A DNA stretch of 64,000 bases, from contig CAWJET010000001.1 in NCBI GenBank assembly GCA_963842085.1, forward strand, positions 2,144,001-2,208,000. Direction: 5' to 3'. The notes beneath the pieces are model-generated. The model saw only the letters and a list, made by a program, of their open reading frames with translations. It ran no database searches and was not told the DNA's origin. This DNA is from an uncultured delta proteobacterium. Lineage in GTDB: Bacteria > Desulfobacterota > Binatia > Binatales > Binataceae. How positions within the stretch are numbered: position 1 is the stretch's first letter; each line of letters opens with the position of its first letter. Shown here in pieces: positions 61,231 to 64,000 of this stretch. The translations under genes were made by a program, and so were the position numbers.

Positions 61231-62637
61231 ATGGGCAAGATACTGGTTGCAGATGACGAGCCGCACCTGCGACGCATCCTCATCTCCAATCTCAAGCAGG
61301 AGCATCACGAAGTAGTCGAGGCTGCCGGCGTCAACCACGCGCGGGCAGCGCTTTCCGAGCACACGTTCGACGCTGTAATAACCGACCAGAAAATGGGCGA
61401 CGGCGAAGGATTGGACGTCCTCGCGGCGGCGCGGGAGAGCGATCCGACCCTGTCCGTTGTTTTTCTTACGGCGTTTGCGACCATTGAACTCGCCGTCGAG
61501 AGCATGCGCCGCGGCGCGTTTGATTTCATTACCAAGCCCTTCGTTCCTGAGGTTCTGATCGCATCCGCGACGCGCGCGATGGAGCACACGCGGCTCGTGC
61601 GTGAGAACAGCAGGCTTCGTGAAACCGTGGTGCGCCTTGAAGGTTCATCGGAGATCACAGGGCGCAGCGGGGCGATTCGCCAGCTTCGCGAAAAAATTGC
61701 GCGCGTTGCACCTACCAACGCTACCGTCCTCATCACTGGAGAAACCGGGACCGGCAAGGAGCTGGTCGCACGCGCAATCCATCGCAACAGCCTGCGTGCC
61801 GAGAAGCCCCTGGTCGCCGTCAATTGTGCGGCGTTCACCGAAACGCTTCTGGAAAGCGAGCTGTTCGGACATGAGCGGGGAGCGTTCACCGGCGCCGACC
61901 GCGCGCGCGAGGGAGTTTTCGAGGCGGCACACGAAGGCACGCTCTTTCTCGACGAGGCGGCAGAAATGTCGCTGCCGGCACAGGCCAAACTACTGCGAGT
62001 ATTGACCGACGGGCTGGTCACGCGACTCGGATCGACCAAGCCCCGCCACACCGACGTGCGACTGCTGGTTGCAACCAACCGGGATTTGAAGAGGCGCGTG
62101 CAGGAGGGCCGTTTTCGCGAGGACCTATACTACCGGCTCGCGGTAGTTCCGCTCACGGTTCCTGCCTTGCGCGATCATCGTGAAGACATACCCGAGCTTT
62201 GCGCTTACTTCCTGGCGCAAGCTGTGCGCGATCTTAAGACGCCGCCGCGCAGAATCAGCGCCGGGGCAATTCAGACACTGCTCAGCTACGATTTTCCCGG
62301 GAATATCCGTGAACTTCGTAACCTTATCGAGCGCGCGTGCATTCTCTCCGCCCAGGAGGAAATCGTTCCGGAGAACTTTCCGGTACCAACTCCTCGCAGC
62401 ACAAATGGCGTCGCGACCCGCAGCTCCGCCGAGCTCACTGCCGACCAACTCGCCGAGATGATACCTGAGACGCACAACCTTCGAGACTTTCTGGCGTCGT
62501 TGGAGAAAGCGGTGATTCAGCGTGCGTTGAAGATTACCGATGGCGCCCAGGCGGAAGTCGCGCGCCGGCTTGGAATGTCGCGAAGCGACCTTTCATACAA
62601 GCTCGGCAAACATCGCATCAAAGATGCGACCGGTTGA
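61231..62637 (+). CDS. Sigma54-dependent response regulator (NtrC family)
   Basis: REC domain ILVADDE..TD; GETGTGKE, GAFTGA, FLDE, PGNIREL, C-terminal HTH. Confidence 0.95.
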   Translation: MGKILVADDEPHLRRILISNLKQEHHEVVEAAGVNHARAALSEHTFDAVITDQKMGDGEGLDVLAAARESDPTLSVVFLTAFATIELAVESMRRGAFDFITKPFVPEVLIASATRAMEHTRLVRENSRLRETVVRLEGSSEITGRSGAIRQLREKIARVAPTNATVLITGETGTGKELVARAIHRNSLRAEKPLVAVNCAAFTETLLESELFGHERGAFTGADRAREGVFEAAHEGTLFLDEAAEMSLPAQAKLLRVLTDGLVTRLGSTKPRHTDVRLLVATNRDLKRRVQEGRFREDLYYRLAVVPLTVPALRDHREDIPELCAYFLAQAVRDLKTPPRRISAGAIQTLLSYDFPGNIRELRNLIERACILSAQEEIVPENFPVPTPRSTNGVATRSSAELTADQLAEMIPETHNLRDFLASLEKAVIQRALKITDGAQAEVARRLGMSRSDLSYKLGKHRIKDATG

Positions 62638-62669
62638 AGGCTTTGTTTGTAAGTATGCAGGAGAGTCAA

Positions 62670-63488
62670 ATGAAAACTGGATTGAAACAAATCGAAGAAA
62701 CACGCATGGTCCGGACGCTGCTCGCATCGTCCGTGCTTGCAGTCATTTTCTTTGCAACCCCGGCGCAGAGCGCGGACGTCGCCCCGTTGTCGATGAACCC
62801 GGCCGCCCAATCGGCGGCTAGCGCGCAGACTCCACCGGGCGAGGACAACCAAGGCGGCTCTTCCGATCCTTTGTCCGGTTTCAACGAGCCCATGTTCACC
62901 TTCAACCTCAAGCTCGACGATTGGGTCCTGCGCCCGGTCGCCAGCGGATACGCCGACATCGCGCCGACGCCGGTGCGCCAGAGCGTCGGCAGATTCTTCG
63001 ATAACGTCCGAGTCATCCCACGTTTTGCCAACAACCTGTTTCAGCTCAAGCTGGCCGAGGCCGGCGGCGAAGTTGCACGTTTCGGAGTCAACACGACGCT
63101 AGGAGTAGCCGGCCTGTTCGATCCCGCCGACAGTTGGTTTGGACTCAAAGAACATCCCAACGATTTCGGCCTGACTATCCGCTACTACAAGATTCCGACC
63201 GGCCCGTACGTGATGCTGCCGTTCTTTGGACCTTCGACGGTCGGCGACACGGTTGGCCTGGTAGCGGACGGCGCGATGGATCCGATCAGCTACTTCGTTC
63301 CGCTGTGGGTATCGGTCACGGTAGCCGGTGGGCGCGGCGCGGTCGAAGCGGTGAACTACCGTTCGCTGAATCTCAACCAGTTCGAGGAAGCTGATCGTTA
63401 CGCGATCGACCTATACGGCGCCGTTCAGGACGCATACCTGCAGACGCGCGACCACGACGTCAAGAAGCTCCACGAGGAACAGTGGTAG
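62670..63488 (+). CDS. mlaA: MlaA/VacJ-family phospholipid transport protein
   Basis: DPLSGFNEPMFTFN, RFGVNTTLG..GLFD, DFGLT, GPYVMLPFFGPS. Confidence 0.88.
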   Translation: MKTGLKQIEETRMVRTLLASSVLAVIFFATPAQSADVAPLSMNPAAQSAASAQTPPGEDNQGGSSDPLSGFNEPMFTFNLKLDDWVLRPVASGYADIAPTPVRQSVGRFFDNVRVIPRFANNLFQLKLAEAGGEVARFGVNTTLGVAGLFDPADSWFGLKEHPNDFGLTIRYYKIPTGPYVMLPFFGPSTVGDTVGLVADGAMDPISYFVPLWVSVTVAGGRGAVEAVNYRSLNLNQFEEADRYAIDLYGAVQDAYLQTRDHDVKKLHEEQW

Positions 63489-63535
63489 CGCAGTTTACGC
63501 GCTTTCCCGGAGAATCCCTCAAACCTGAGCGTCGG

Positions 63536-63560
63536 TGGCGGAGCGAGGGGGATTAGAAAC
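63536..63560 (-). other. Degenerate tRNA 3'-end fragment, inverted relative to tRNA-Ser
   Basis: 21/25 identity to the reverse complement of 34445-34469. Confidence 0.5.
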
Positions 63561-63746
63561 GTCGGTGTCGCGAGCATTCGAGGTTCTGCGCCGTGAGTTG
63601 GAATTCGACACAGACAGGAGAGATTCCAGCTCTAGCGTACCCTGCGTTCGAGCTTTAGGGCCTCACCGTGCATTACAAGTGGGATTTCCGCCCTCGGCAC
63701 GAGATGAGTATGACTTGCGGCCGTATCGTGAAATACGCCCCCCGAC

Positions 63747-64000
63747 CTACTCCGGTAGACCAGCTTTGCGCAGGGCTTCGAGGTGGTGGGCGAGATCTGT
63801 CTCGCGTCGGTAGTGCAGCGCCGGCAGGCAATGCTCGCGGATGGTGAACCCGGGGCTGCGCTTGATTACCTCCGCAGCGTGCACGGTCGCGCGCTCGGCA
63901 TCGCCCATCTGTGCGTAGGAGGCCGCGAGCAGCGCGTGGTGCAACTCGCCTGGCGCGGTGATGTGTCTGAGGGACTCGACCGCCTCGGCGTAACGCTTTG
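63747..64000 (-). CDS. C-terminus of a TPR-type protein (continues beyond the window)
   Basis: LAASYAQMG..A..PGFTI...LEALRKAGLPE, typical of TolB/TPR adenylate-cyclase-like proteins. Confidence 0.7.
   Translation of the reverse strand, partial: KRYAEAVESLRHITAPGELHHALLAASYAQMGDAERATVHAAEVIKRSPGFTIREHCLPALHYRRETDLAHHLEALRKAGLPE

Noticed and set aside
63536-63560. attR closing an island integrated at tRNA-Ser
   Set aside because: A true att duplicate would be a direct repeat; this copy is inverted and degenerate

Overview
GC-rich bacterial chromosome segment; the gene content suggests a soil organism, possibly Binatia/Acidobacteria-like (inference only). A ~4.7-kb housekeeping core (tRNA-Ala(CGC), galU, dksA, larC, queE, nitronate monooxygenase-like, tRNA-Ser(GGA); 29.8-34.5 kb) is flanked on both sides by accessory DNA that starts at the tRNA 3' ends. 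Left side: (1) the tail of a hybrid PKS-NRPS cluster (PKS KR-ACP, stand-alone C domain, C-A-T-C-A-T-TE, MbtH, TEII, PPTase); the main NRPS is split by a 2132-bp IS1595-family element (26-bp TIRs, 9-bp TSD) carrying a DUF3800-like passenger and two unannotated microproteins, and has a +1 G frameshift in its last PCP; (2) envelope/osmostress genes (BON, lipoprotein, Trp/Gln-repeat protein, AI-2E-B12 fusion, 2936-aa cyclic beta-1,2-glucan synthase), including two copies of an unrecognised ~125-nt structured 5' leader. Right side: (1) a second stress/envelope island (Spy, BON x3, CsbD, cardiolipin synthase, OmpA) with sigma54-like promoters and a shared palindromic upstream site; (2) F420/redox genes and gene relics; (3) an 8-gene desaturase/type III PKS/flavoprotein/ABC/cytochrome/aminotransferase/YceI operon divergent from a membrane histidine kinase, a sigma54 activator and MlaA, with back-to-back sigma54 promoters around shared palindromes. 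No CRISPR array or rRNA was seen. All family assignments are from motif recognition by eye; no database searches were run.
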